64,000 nt of DNA from Eledone cirrhosa (lineage: Eukaryota), in assembly GCA_964016885.1 (NCBI GenBank), contig OZ024746.1, positions 41,850,001 to 41,914,000 of the forward strand. Reading direction: 5' to 3'. A model generated the notes under the pieces. It was not told the DNA's origin. It searched no databases and worked only from the letters and a program-made list of their open reading frames with translations. Shown here in pieces: positions 1 to 12,708 of this stretch (positions are counted from its first letter, which is position 1; each line of letters opens with the position of its first letter). Made by a program: the position numbers and the translations under genes.

Positions 1-723
1 TGAAGTCACTGTGGTTAGAGTGACTATTGCACATGATATTCAAAATAACAATAAGCATTTTTAGGCCATGACAGGCATCATCATATTTATCATGGGCACC
101 TTCTGAGGTAATATTTTATAGTCGGATGCTTTTCTTGGCATCAATCCTTTTATGATATGCTGGGATGCAGTGTACCTATCCTAAACTGAATACACACAGT
201 AATTACAGGGTTTATAATGTGATTTTTATTTACTTATCAAGGCAGATCTAGAAAAATAAATTTCTGTAAAAGCCTTAAAGAGGTTAAGAAGTGAATTTAT
301 CTTTACTCATATAGAGCTATTATAGAGTATAGAAGTGCTTATAAGCAAATTAGGTCGCATAATAGAGGCAACAGTAAAGTTTAAAGTTATGGACATGTAA
401 TCAATAATATGTTTGACATTTTAACCTTACACTTATTGTTCCATTAATAAACCCTTGTAAATGAATTTTTATGTAGAATAACAGGAAATAATTTCTGTAT
501 CTTGAATTAAGGACATTTCCTATGGGAAAAAAAAGAGAAAAATAAAAGGAAGAAAATGAGGAAATATAGATAAGATGAAGTGACTAGTTTCTTGTTGAAT
601 TACTAAATATTTACTTTATCTAATATCTCCATCTATGTAAATGACTGGTGATATGATATATCTCATGTAACAGTTTTGACTAAAATGAAATCTAACAATA
701 TATTCAATACCCTTTGTCTTCAT

Positions 724-895
724 ACTCTTTTTACTCATTTTACTCTTTTACTTGTTCCCGCCAACTGGCTGGGGCCATGCTGGGGCACCACCCTTGTTGC
801 TACATGTTCCATATCTAGCCTGCGTTGGCCGGCCATTGATGTAAGAGGGAATTCCCTATGGATAGTCTCATGTGATTTGGTATTAAGTGGGTAAG
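724..895 (-). mobile_element. Short 3'-end remnant of the CR1-group LINE family also present at 47681-51221
   Basis: TACTCTTT-type tail followed by ggctggggccatgctggggcaccacccttgttgctaca, closely matching 47681-47760. Confidence 0.75.
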
Positions 896-915
896 GCCTT
901 CCTTCTTTTTAAATA

Positions 916-1100
916 TGAGGGTTGGCTGAGAAGTTCATATGCTCTCATGGAATGATTAATGAGGTTTATTTTTCAACATAGTCTCTGAAAATAAACAATG
1001 TAGTTAATAATAAGAAGAGTTGAAATTAATGCATGCAAGATTTTACAGCTCTAGCTTCATTCCTTCATATTGACCCTATGAACATTTCAGCCCACCTTCG
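916..1100. mobile_element. Tc1/mariner-derived MITE, about 185 bp
   Basis: Imperfect 24-bp TIRs (TGAGGGTTGGCTGAGAAGTTCATA / TATGAACATTTCAGCCCACCTTCG), each flanked by TA. Confidence 0.7.
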
Positions 1101-2320
1101 TATGTCAATAACTATTTTTATAATATTTCGTATTTATCCAAAGTTCAAAATTCTAACTAACTCAACTTAAATTAGGGGAAAATAAGAAACAACTCCAATA
1201 AATTGGAATTAATAATATAGAGGATATATGAGTTATACAAATTCATAAACCTGCAATTTATTTTACTTCTTTGAAGTATGGAGAAATGTTTATTTAGTTT
1301 GTAAATACCATTGTTCCCATGAAAAAGCACACCCTAAGAATAGATTATTACAACATAGAACAATTATTTCATTGTTGTCATTTGTTCTGTAGCCTTAAGT
1401 TATCCAAACATCAGTGAATGTGTTAATAGCTTAAACATATTCAACATACATAGAAAAATTGGCATTATGATGTTAAAATGGTGTTAAAATGAAAGCAACA
1501 ATAACAACAGAGGCAGTAACAAAAACCTACATTTATATTTTATATCCTTCTCCAAAACCTGAATATTAACTTTAATCTGTAATTTTATTTGCGTCATCTG
1601 GCTTTGTTTTTTTATCTATTATAGTGAGTCTATCTACTTCTCTATCTTACACTTTCAACTTTCATCTAAAAATTAATCTTGTGTAGAATGATCTAATAAA
1701 TCCTATATAAGATTATCTTAAGGACATCAAAATAAAAACTGCAGTTTTATGTGTCTCTAATTGGATATTGTATCAGTAAGTTAAACTAATAATGTTTTTG
1801 AGGAACATTCCAGTTTTATAATATTACAATTAAGAGAGTTTTTATCGAAGTACTTATGTCGATATACTTAATGTTAACTTTCTATATAGAAAATATCTTC
1901 TCTTCCACTGTAGTTGATAACTGAAACAAAAGAATTCATCAGTTTATCATGCATGATAAATCTAAGATTATATCATTGACATTTATATTTGCACTTGCTA
2001 TGCAAGTAACATCATATATAAAAAAAAAAATTAATAAATTTTCTTGAAAATCCTAGATATGTAATTATCTATGCTGTAATCATTAAAGACTTTAAAAAAG
2101 CATAATAAATGGAATAAAATGATATAAATAAAATAATTCAAATAAACAAAATATCAATGTATAGAAAGTATAAAACAAAACAACATATTCTATTAATTAA
2201 GCCATTTACTATACATACATACATTTGATTATCCAAGATATCATGTTTTGAACAAAGCATGATAGAAAAGTATCTTTTTTATAATTGGATTTTCAAAGCA
2301 CAGCTATATGGCTACAATTT

Positions 2321-2352
<32 letters not shown>

Positions 2353-2522
2353 TATATATGTGTATGTATACACACACATATATGTATGTATACACACATG
2401 TATGTATATGTATGTGTGTGTGTGTGTATACACACATATATGTATATATATATATGTGTGTATACACACACATGTATATATATATATATATATGTGTATA
2501 CACACACACACATATATATATA
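2321..2522. repeat. Mixed (TA)/(CA)/(TG) microsatellite
   Basis: Direct reading; source of spurious YI/HT-rich ORFs. Confidence 0.95.
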
Positions 2523-2905
2523 TCATCATCATCATTTTACGTCCGCTTTTCCCTGCTTGCAAGGGTTGGACGGGAACTGATTCTGGCTTGATTTCTACAG
2601 CTGGATGCCCTTCCTAACACCAACCTCATTTACAGTGAGTGCTGAGTGCTTTTTTTGCCGGGGCACCTACACGTCCATTTTACAGTGTGGGCTGGGTGCT
2701 TTTTTGCCGTGGCACCTCCACGACCACTTTGTAGTGGAATGATAGGGACTCCAGTCCTATCATCTCACTTCTACAGCTGAGTAAACTGGAGCAATGTGAA
2801 ATAAAGTGTCTTGCTCAAGGAAACAACACATCACCCGGTCTGAGAATTGAACTCACAACCCTTCGATTGCAAACCCAATGCTCTAACCACTAAGCCATGT
2901 GCCTC
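2523..2905 (-). mobile_element. tRNA-derived SINE family A with RTE-type 3' region and (ATG)n tail
   Basis: Reverse strand has A box TGGCTTAGTGG, B box GAGTTCAATTC, central TCCTTGAGCAAGACAC and (ATG)n tail; second copy at 12709-13053. Confidence 0.9.
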
Positions 2906-3204
2906 TATGTGTATACACACACACACACACATACACACCTTGATTACCTGTACAGGCAATATCTATTAGCATGCTGTTGAAATGTATATACATATATATA
3001 CATATCATCATCATTGTTTAACATTTATTTTCCACACTGGTATATATATACACATACACACAAATGATCATCATCATCGTTTAACATCCATTTTCCATGC
3101 TAGCATGGGTTAGATTGGTCATTCTATTTAAGGCAAGTTGGGTCAGGTGACTGTCTTATATATGGCGGGGATCATTTAAGAAAAATCTTCGTCCAAGTGA
3201 GTTT

Positions 3205-3286
3205 GATTCCTGATGATTTCGAAGCTCGAGAATTTATCCTTGATCGGATATTTCCAAAAGCGAATGAAACCCTAAGGGGTAGAAAC
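3205..3286 (+). ncRNA. Type I hammerhead ribozyme in a probable PLE-derived 3' end (about 3165-3580)
   Basis: TTC-CTGATGA-T-TTCG...CGAA-T-GAAA-CCC-TAAG-GGG-TA-GAA; stems I, II and III pair; GUA cleavage triplet ends at 3281. Confidence 0.7.
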
Positions 3287-4134
3287 GTAATCCTGGTATG
3301 TTTATATACAGTTTTTCTTCTAACTTTAATTTTATACCTAATTGTGTATGGTTGACGATATATTTAATCGATTTCCACGTGCTATTGAAATGCTGGGTAA
3401 ATATTCTATAGCTGTTGATCGCAAATAGATGGCTGTCGTTTATTTATCTATTATTTCTTCATAGGTGCCTTTTAATCTTATAACCTAGTTTAATTGGTTT
3501 TTTGTGTGGTTGATTATGCTAATTGGGAGAGGAATTGGTGTATATATCTTATCAAATGATTCTATGGACATATTTTATAGTATATATATATATAAGTATA
3601 GATTGAAGATGTAGCCTCAGTGGAGCAGATATATACATGTGTTACTGATACTGAGAGACGCGAGAATGTGTACTCAATACTGAAGTAGAGTTTAAGTATT
3701 CTTTATTATGGTTAAATGGTGAATCTAGTTACTCTAAAGTTTTACCTTTTTTCTTTTTATACCTTCCTTCTTTATCTCCTTTCTCCTCTCCTCTCTATCA
3801 CCTGCATGCACCTCTAATATCCACCTTCCCCAACCCATTCAACCTCATCATCACTGAGTTTTCTCCAATTTACACTGTCTCTGCTATTGAAAGTTTAGTC
3901 TTGTCTGTTAGTGCACAGCTGAAAGCACTTTTTACTTTTTGTTTGTTCATTGATGTATTTCCTGTACAATTTCCTGTACATTGTTTTTATTTATAATTTG
4001 TGTTTCATTAATGTTTAAAAGGAAGCTTTTGGTATACAATTTTGGTATTTGTTGAGGGACTGCAATCTGTTCTGGGATAGATGCACAAATATTGCATATC
4101 CCAAGACCCTAAAGATGGTTCAGAAGGGAGCAAA

Positions 4135-4410
4135 CCATGACAATTGGAACCTAGAACATCACAACTCTTACAGGAACTAGTGGGAGGCTAGATGCTACCG
4201 ACGAGATATAGTAGAGGGTTCCTCAACAAAGTCCCATGGCTCTGTTACGGTAGATTTTGGATTGGATGGGGGATGGAAACTCCATTATTCAGGTGTGGCA
4301 TCAGAAATAACTGCACAGGCCAAAGTGGGGATACTCAGAAGTCCCCACCTGTCAGTGAATTATGGACTGGATCCCATTAGAAGGAAGGATTTGCCTCTTG
4401 AAGTTTAGGC
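4135..4410 (+). pseudogene. Degenerate APE endonuclease N-terminus of an RTE (Expander/Rex3-like) LINE
   Basis: Broken frames give IGT*NITTLTG and GWKLHYSGVASEITAQAKVGILRSP, typical of RTE APE domains. Confidence 0.65.
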
Positions 4411-5040
4411 TATATATAATCAATTATAACAGTGGCATATGCAGATACTTTAGTTTTGTTGGGTTATTACCCCAACTCATTCTGTCTACCATATTGTAAT
4501 GGAGTAGTTTCAGTGAGATTTTTGATAGTATAGGAGAATTCTAAGGGCAGGGGATCCTGAAAATTTCAATTAGTTAAATAAATCAATTACGGTACACCTT
4601 ATTATATATGTAAGGGGGATAATTCTAACAAGAAAAGGGGGTTCAGAAAAAGATCAAGAGTTAATTCGAAAATTATAAAATTTTAGTCTGGTCTAAATTG
4701 TTTCTTCAGAAAGAATTTTGCTTTATGAAGTCATGATTGAAAAAAAAATCCATCGTGTATTTAGGCAGTGTTTTTTAGTATGTTCCACTTTTTGAGCTGA
4801 ACAACTGATATGATTTTGGTTCAATGATGTACAGGTGGATTTCTTCAGTATCCTCCATTTTATGGAGGATGCTCTGCCATTTTCTTTGACACATGGTTTG
4901 CAAGCTGAGGAGTATATTTCTTGTCCGGTTGTCTGAAAGTCATTTCTTGGTTTATTAAATGGATTTTAAAATATCTCTCTGACATACCTACTTAATTCCA
5001 GACTTCTGTAAAGTTGTTCTGGTTGGTGGAGGTCACTTCT
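4410..5040 (-). pseudogene. Degenerate Penelope-like GIY-YIG endonuclease C-terminus and 3' UTR
   Basis: Reverse translation VGMSERYFK...SIKWRILKK...CLNTR...LHKAKF; decayed hammerhead-like motif at 4452-4486. Confidence 0.6.
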
Positions 5041-5672
5041 GCTTCATATACTACTATATATTACTATACTCTTAAGTATCTTTTTTAACTATGCTCACCT
5101 CCTGGTACACATCAGGAATCAACCTATTATATATATATATATAAATGAAAAGTATAGGAATTATTGTAGCAAGAAGCCAACAGTATTCCATAATATATAA
5201 GTGACTATAGCATCAAAATGGGAAAATAGTTAACGTAAGATGTGGGAAAAATAATTCAAACTCAATTCAAAAAGAATCAGGATATAGATTCATCCAACAG
5301 AATTTAGTGAAATCCAGGGAAAAATCAATAGAGCCTTAACTCATGATAAAATAAAGTTTAAAATACTCATCCTTCAATTTGGAACAACTACAAATGCTCT
5401 GTATAGTCTTGAAAAGACTATTTCATGAAAACTTTCAGTGGGGATGGTCACGGTTGGAATTCAATCGTCAGCAGAGCTCAACATGATAACCAAAATCTCA
5501 CTGATTAATATGCCAAAAAGGGAATTTAAAAGCAGACTAGTTTAACATCATGCATGATTATGAAAATAAAACGCACATGTGGAAAAACAGGGCTGGGGAC
5601 GTCAGAATGAGACGAATGTTTGTTTACATGAAACAACAGTCAAAAACATTCCGAAAAAAACTCTACAATAGG

Positions 5673-5915
5673 AGACGATCTGAAGGCCAGGATCACAAGT
5701 GCCTTTAGGGGCCTAAGTCGGGGGACAGTGACAAAGGCCTGTAGCCGGTTCCGAGGCCGTCATCAAAGCCAATGGCGGGTTTATCGAGTGAGATCAAAAG
5801 AACAAGTCATGAAGACAAACTGACCCAAGTTTGATAAATATATCTTAAAAAATAAAACTACTGTGTTATTTTTTCCTAGACAGTAATCTTGCGAACAAAT
5901 ATCATCTGCACCCTG
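5673..5915 (+). mobile_element. 3' fragment, with right TIR, of the DD37D mariner at 23537-24845
   Basis: Near-identical to 24591-24845; ends TTGCGAACAAATATCATCTGCACCCTG followed by TA. Confidence 0.9.
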
Positions 5916-6055
5916 TATATATATATCACAGAAAAAAAGAGAATCAGTGTTGCGATGAATGGAGTTTATTGGACATATTACAATCGTTGCTCTGGCGACC
6001 AGCTCAAGGCACTATCAATGTGATGATCGAACCTGACTCTGAAAATCGCAAGGTC

Positions 6056-6094
<39 letters not shown>

Positions 6095-7788
6095 AGAGAG
6101 AGAAAGAGATTGAGATGGATAGAGATGTTGTAAGAATGATAGACAGATTCATTTAACACACATTGTAAATTATTTTTAAGTATTGTAATATTTTCAGTTA
6201 AATATACAAAATGTTTTATTTTATTAATCATCTAAAATTATGTTATTTTGGCATATTGATCACTGTTTGTTATATTCAAATGGATATATGGGTAAACATG
6301 GGTGTAAATTGATAAACCGGATATATATTTATTAGTTAATATGTTAAATATTTTTCTGTATCTTTTGTATCTTAATTTAGTTATGCATCTGGATGTGTAT
6401 GTGTGTATCTGTTTGTGTGTGTACAGTATAAGTGGAATATACCAAAGTTGTATATAAATAATTCTGCACTAAAACAACAAGACTGATTGACTGTTACTTG
6501 AGATTTATTAGCTACAGCTGTTATCATAGCCAGAAGCTACTTTATGTTTCTGATGAAGACTTTCATGTGCTTTAATGGTTGAAAAGTTTAGAATAGCTCT
6601 TATGTTATAAAGTATTGTAAATTTATCTAGTAGATAGAATTGGCAAGTGAATCTGGTGCCAGCTAAAGGAAATAATTCTATCTGAAGTAGAGCCAGCTGG
6701 AGGTGAGAAGAACAAAAAGTGTAGGCTACCTAATGAATTCGTGTTGGTTGTTCAATCAGATTTCATTAGCTCATTGAATGTTTGTATACTTTGGGTGTTT
6801 GATTGCAATAATGATAACAATGGCATTAACTGCAAAGAATAATACCACATCTCCCACCTTCCCTGTATAATTCATGCATGCATTATACCAACTATTACTT
6901 AGACAGGTACATAATAATATTTGAGTATAGATGTAATTTTCTTCTCTCTAATTTCTATAGCCCAGAGATTTGAATACTCTTATTAATAACTGCACTCCAT
7001 CTTATCAAATTGTATTATTTTTGAATACCTTTTTTCAAAAGCTTAAAAGAAAATTTAATCAATATCATTAATATCATTATTATTATTATTATTGTTCTTT
7101 GAGTCTCAGTCATTAATGTTATTTAACTGGAAGGTTTGTTGAAATGAATATCAACCCACTACCTGCAGCCTCAGACATTCAGGATATATCGGAGGGTTCT
7201 TGCTGTTCCCAGCAAGCATGCCTTTTGAAGTGTTCCAAAAAGCGGGGCTGGACTAATCTTCTTTAACCATCCTTGGAAACTCTTTGAGATAGTACCTAGT
7301 GCACCTATGACAATCGGGACGACCTTGATTTCATGGCAGTTCCAAATCCTTTTTAACTCCCACTTTAAATCCTGGTATCGGTTAATTTTAAGGTCTCTTC
7401 TTTTTAACCAGTTCCATGTATGTGGATCTCTAAATTCTGTTTTCTTAAAGGTGTTATGAAGGGATTTTTCATGAAGGTTGCTCTTCCTCCTAGTTGTTAT
7501 TTCCTCCTTGGACATCCCCTGGTCTATTGTCTTCTCCTTCAGTACAATTTTGAGCATTGGCTCCCTACTGTCAGCCACATATTTGTGCAGGTTGTTTTTC
7601 TCCATCTGAACACAGTCCTCTATGCTGATAAGACCTCTTCAACCTTCAAATCTCTTTAAGTAGAGTCTATCAACATCACTCCTCTTGTGGAACATATTGT
7701 AGATAGTCATTAGCTTCCTAGTTTTCCTATCCATTTCTTTTTGTTCAGCAACATTCCATTTCAGAATTACCGCACTGTACCTAATAAT

Positions 7789-7988
7789 TGTTTCTACTTT
7801 AGGCACAAGGCCAGCAATTATCCAGTGCATTACTGGTACTTTATTTTATCGACCCCGTAAGGATGAAAGGCAAAGTCAACCTCGGCGGGATTTGAACTCA
7901 GATCGTAAAGGGACGTAACTATGCTGGAAAGCATGGCGTCCGACCCTCTACCAATACTGCCAATCCACCGCCAATCCACTGCCAATCC
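7789..7988 (-). mobile_element. tRNA-derived SINE family B inserted in the Dong element
   Basis: B box GAGTTCAAATC, central GCCTTTCATCCTTACGGGGTCGATAAAATAAAGTACCAG; 20-bp TSD accgcactgtacctaataat at 7769-7788 and 7989-8008. Confidence 0.9.
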
Positions 7989-9875
7989 ACCGCACTGTAC
8001 CTAATAATATACACAGCTCGGGAATTTACTGCATTTATGGCATTCCTACTATTTAGATGTGATTTTAATATGTTCCTTACTCTCCTTATGTATTCAGATC
8101 TTATCAATTCCTTCATTTTTTTTTGTTCTTGATGTCATCTGCCTCCAGAACACCTAAATATTTGTATCCTTCTTCAGTGTCAATTTCCTTTATCATCTCA
8201 CCTGTTGGTACATGGATTCCGTTGCTTCTGCTCAATTTACCCCTCTTCATCACAAGGACTCCACACTTATTAACACCAAATTCCATACATATATCATTGC
8301 TTAAAATACAGACAGTGTCAACAAGTACATCCAACTCCTTCTCACTCTTCCCAAAGAATTTAAGATCGTCCATGAAGAGGAGGTGGTTGATGGTAAGCTC
8401 TCCTATTCCCAACGTGTATCCTGCTCTCACTTTTCGCAATATGACGGACAGGGTTATCAGGGCAAGGACAAACAACAAAGAGGACAAACTATCTCACTGG
8501 AAGATACCTCTCTTGATCTTCACGCCTCCCAAGGATTCTCCACCTGATGTTAACTCTGTTTCCCAGGACTTCATACTTTTGCTTAATAGCTGTCTGATGT
8601 TATCTGCTACCTTGAAGATCTCTAGGCTTTTGGTTATCCAAGAATGAAGTACCATGTCGAATGCCTTTTTGTAATCTATCCATCCCATGGCAAGACCAGT
8701 GTGCCTCCTCTTACAATTCCTCATTACCATCTTATCAATAAGTAACTGGTTTTTTGAACCACGGGACTTCTTTCTGCATCCTTTCTGTTCATCTGGTAAT
8801 AAGTTGTTTATGTGGAGGTGATAGTAGATTTCCTCAGACACAATGCTTGTTAACAGTTTCCACATTACGGACAGACATGTGATAGGCCTATAGTTGGTAA
8901 CATCATTACCCTTGATTCGGTCTTTCATTACCAGAACTGTGGTACCTTTTGTCAACCACTCTGGTACTTCACCCGACATCAAGCACTCATTGAACATGGT
9001 TGTCAATTTTGGGTGGAGGGATGTTATATTTTTAATCCAATATCCTTGCACTCCATCTGGGCCTGGTAATTTCCAGTTGGTTAGTTTTTTGGCCTGACCT
9101 TTAAGAGTTTCAACTGTGATACACAAATCAGGTTGTTCGTGTGCTTGTTCACTAATCTCCTTTTGAACTGTCTCAATCCACACTGTCTGACTATTATGTT
9201 AAACATCCTGCTCCCATATTCCTCTCCAGAATGTCTTAGTCTGTTCCACCTCAGGGATCAAGTCGTTGCCTCTTTCTTTCCCTTCAAGCTGTTCAAATAA
9301 CATCTTCTGTTTGTTGTCAAACATGCGGTTCTGTCTATACTGACTAACTCTGTTCTCATACCACCTAATCTTTGCACTTTTTGCTAAAATGCGTTGCTTC
9401 AGTTCCTCTATGATAACATTTAGCTCTTTCCTCCAGTTTTGTACTTTATTTTCAATCTATCTTTAGTGTCTATGTTTTGTAATGTCCCATTCAGTAAAGA
9501 CTCAAGCTTTCCAATGTCATTTCTCATTTCCTTGATTTGACCTTTCTTCCACCAAGGTTCTGATCTTTCTTGTTTGTTGTTTCCTCTCGTTTTTATACCA
9601 AGTAATTTTCTCACCACATTTGCCGTTGCTTTGAGGATATTGTTGCATTGGTTAAGGTTCCTCTTCTCAAGGTATCGGATGACCTTGTTTACCTTAGCTG
9701 TTGTTTCTTTTAACTTTTTCCTGTCTACAAATCTTAGGTTCATAGGTTTTCCTCTATAATTGTTCATTTCATCTATCACTAAGTTCAGGATATCAACCAA
9801 ATCTTGCCCTAGCCCGTCGGCATTCATTTCCTCAATGGCCGTATCTTTGTTCCAGATGTTATTTATTTCAGCATT

Positions 9876-10060
9876 GGCCAGTGGATTGGCAGTATCGGTA
9901 GAGAGTCGGACGCCATGCTTTGACGCATAGTTACGGCCCTTGCCATTCTGAGTTCAAATCCCACCGAGGTTAACTTTGCCTTTCATCCTTATGGGGTCGA
10001 TAAAATAAAGTACCAGTAATACACTGGGTAATTGCTGGCCTTGTGCCAAAAGTAGAAACA
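9876..10060 (+). mobile_element. SINE family B inserted in the Dong element
   Basis: Same motifs; 18-bp TSD gttatttatttcagcatt at 9858-9875 and 10061-10078. Confidence 0.9.
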
Positions 10061-10363
10061 GTTATTTATTTCAGCATTCAGATCATTGTCTGCTTCAGGT
10101 GCTTCCTCAGGTCTCTCAACTCCTTCGCCATCATTTCCCACTGGCTCATTTGCCTGATATACTCCACTCTCCATTTCCAACTTAATCTCTCTGCTCAGTT
10201 CCTCCAGTTCCAACTCGCTTATCCATCCATTAGTTCTTATTACACGAGCCTGTCCGGCCAATTTTTGTTCACCTAATTTAAATAGACCAATCTCGTTCCA
10301 GATGTTATAGCCTTTTTCCATTGGGTTTCATGACATATTATTATTATTATTGTCATTATTTCC

Positions 10364-10548
10364 GGACGGTGGATTGGCAGTATCGGTAGAGGGTCGGACG
10401 CCATGCTTTCCAGCATAGTTACGTCCCTTTACGATCTGAGTTCAAATCCCGCCGAGGTTGACTTTGCCTTTCATCCTTACGGGGTCGATAAAATAAAGTA
10501 CCAGTAATGCACTGGGTAATTGCTGGCCTTGTGCCTAAAGTAGAAACA
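10364..10548 (+). mobile_element. SINE family B
   Basis: Full copy; TSD attatttcc on both sides. Confidence 0.9.
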
Positions 10549-10557
10549 ATTATTTCC

Positions 10558-11117
10558 TTGGATATCTGTATATTCACATATATCCCAGGCCTCAACGAGG
10601 GGCCTGGGTTAGGTGATGGTTTGTTATGACAAAATATATAATGGATAAAATTCACCATTTTCTTCCTGGGTACAATGTGGTTTGCCCTCCTAACATTACA
10701 TTGACAATGCTCTATGTAAAATGTGGGCAGTACTAATAAGTGTGAATTTTTGAATTTCCTTTATACAAGGTTTACTTGGCATGTGAACCAAGAGTTTTTC
10801 AGTTACCTTGTTTATCAGGCCCAGTGCTCCAACTACAACTGGAATACTGGTGGCCTTCATACTTCACATTCTTTTAATCTCTGTTTCAAGATCCTTGTAC
10901 TTGGAGATTTTTTCAAATATTTTGAAAGACACATTGCAATCAACAGGTACTGACATGACTACCATATCATTATTACATTACCAATATCAGTTACCGAGTC
11001 AGGAAGATGTTGATACCAGTTTTTTGTTGCATATTTTCCAGTGCATGTACTGCCCCACACTGTCATGTCGGTTTTTGTATTCATACAGAGCTAAGGTGGT
11101 GCATGCAAATATTGGGT
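10558..11117 (-). pseudogene. 3' fragment of a second, divergent R4/Dong element (RLE region)
   Basis: Reverse translation EYKNRHDSVGQYMHWKIC...EKISKYKDLETEIKRM*...IPVVVGALG...STAHILHRALS; flanked by (TAA)n. Confidence 0.8.
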
Positions 11118-11137
11118 TATTATTATTATTATTATTA

Positions 11138-11447
11138 TCGGACACCAGGCTTTGTGGCGTAGAGTTATGACCCTTTACATTCTGAGTTCAAATCCTGCTG
11201 AGCTTAGCTTTGCCTTTCATCATTACAGAGTTGATAAAATAAAGTACTAGTAATGCATTACGGTTGATTTAATTGACCGGTCTTGTGCCTAAATCAGAAA
11301 ACATTTTGAGTGGGGTATTGGCAGTATTAGTAGAGCGTCAGACACCACACTGGGGTCGATGAAGCACCAGTAAGTACTGGGGTTGATTTAATCGACTTTC
11401 CCCTCCCCTTCAAATAGCTGGCCTTGTGCCTGAAGTAGAAACAATTA
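11138..11447 (+). mobile_element. Two adjacent partial SINE family B copies
   Basis: GAGTTCAAATCC, GCCTTTCATC...GATAAAATAAAGTAC, and two TTGTGCCT...AGAAACA ends. Confidence 0.8.
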
Positions 11448-11723
11448 TTTAATATTATTAAATCTATAATAGGTTATTGTTGTCCATCTGATAATCCTAC
11501 TAGAGTCCCACTACAATTCCACTAGAGTCCCACTAGCACTATTATTAATATTCTCAAGTGCTATGTCCATTTGACTATTTAATTGAGAAACATTGACATA
11601 ACTATTCCTTGTTGCATTAAGCTAGATTGTAGTGTGTATTTGTAGTGAAACAACAAAATGAAAAATAAAATAATGAAACAAGTTTATTCTGGTTAAATGT
11701 GGTTGATTTGGCAGAGTCATTAA

Positions 11724-11921
11724 CCCTTTAGCATATACATTACTCTTTCTATATATATACTATTGTATTTTCACAGTAAACACTTTATCTTACATATCTC
11801 GCATAATATCGAATCTATGAGAACAATACCTAAACATCAGTATGACTGGCCAATTACGGTCGGTTTGAATAGAAAGGTGAGAGAATTCTGGCTGGATACG
11901 GCTGGTTTAAATGCTAAAAGG
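11724..11921. mobile_element. piggyBac-like MITE inserted in an old SINE B head
   Basis: TTAA|CCCTTTAGCAT ... ATGCTAAAAGG|TTAG; related copy at 63735-63955. Confidence 0.7.
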
Positions 11922-12708
11922 TTAGAGTATTAGATATTTGTTCTGGGTCTCTGTGTTTGGAGTTCAAATCCTACTGAAGTTCATTTGCCTTTCTGGCATC
12001 AATAAAGAAAGTACCGGCTCAGTGCTGGTGCAGCACTCTCTCCTCCAGCTGTCATGTCAGGGATATTCTGCTGGATTAAAGGAAGGAAGATTGAAAAGGT
12101 CTGCTCATGACTGCAGAGGCATCTAAAACCGTTAGTGAAAATATGGGCATACTCAATTGTGAGTAGCAGCTGTAGTAACTAGGGTAACACTAATTATTGA
12201 AAATTATAGCAAACCCAGATGCTCAGGTCCAGTATATTTATAACTTACCTGTGTTTTAGGGACCACAAGAAGAAGAAAGTAGCAGGATTTGAACTTTGAT
12301 CCTTCAAAACATCAAATTAAACACTGTAATGTAATTAGTTTAGTATCCAGTAAAGCTATTTTGACCATGTTTAAAAATACAGTATAGTTAATTAACTACT
12401 TTTCATTTAAACCTGAAGAAAATTATTAGCCCTAATTTCTTTATCAATTCATCATCTGATAATTCTTCTAACTCTGTATTCTATTTTACAAAATTAAACA
12501 GGATCAGTTTCTTCCATTTTTAATTCAGGTCAAATGTCATTCCTCATTACATGGGTGGCATAGTGCAGTGAATAGAAGTGTCAGAGAGTTGAGAGGGTCA
12601 GATATTCAATGACATCCTTAGATCCTTAGTTGCACAAATAGCATAGTACAAATAGGAGAGAGGGGGTGAGTGATACAGAAATGAGAAGGTATATATATAT
12701 ATATATAT

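Larger units (their letters stand above)
7066..10336 (-). mobile_element. R4/Dong-clade non-LTR retrotransposon, nearly full-length but disrupted
   Basis: ORF pieces 9989-10321, 9420-9827, 8494-9183 (PGPDG, NYRPITCL, WIDYKKAFD), 8113-8487 (HLLFMDD, YKYLG), 7171-7605 (VVPIVIGALG...LQKACLLGTARTLR); (TAA)n at both ends; two SINE insertions. Confidence 0.9.

Noticed and set aside
4452-4486. Hammerhead-like hairpins here and at 13296-13329
   Set aside because: Core nucleotides are mutated (CAGAATGA/CAAAA and CTGAGCA/CAAAA); treated as dead remnants.
6548-6593. Hammerhead-like CTGATGAAGAC...GTTGAAAAG
   Set aside because: Stems II and III are poor; at best a decayed copy.
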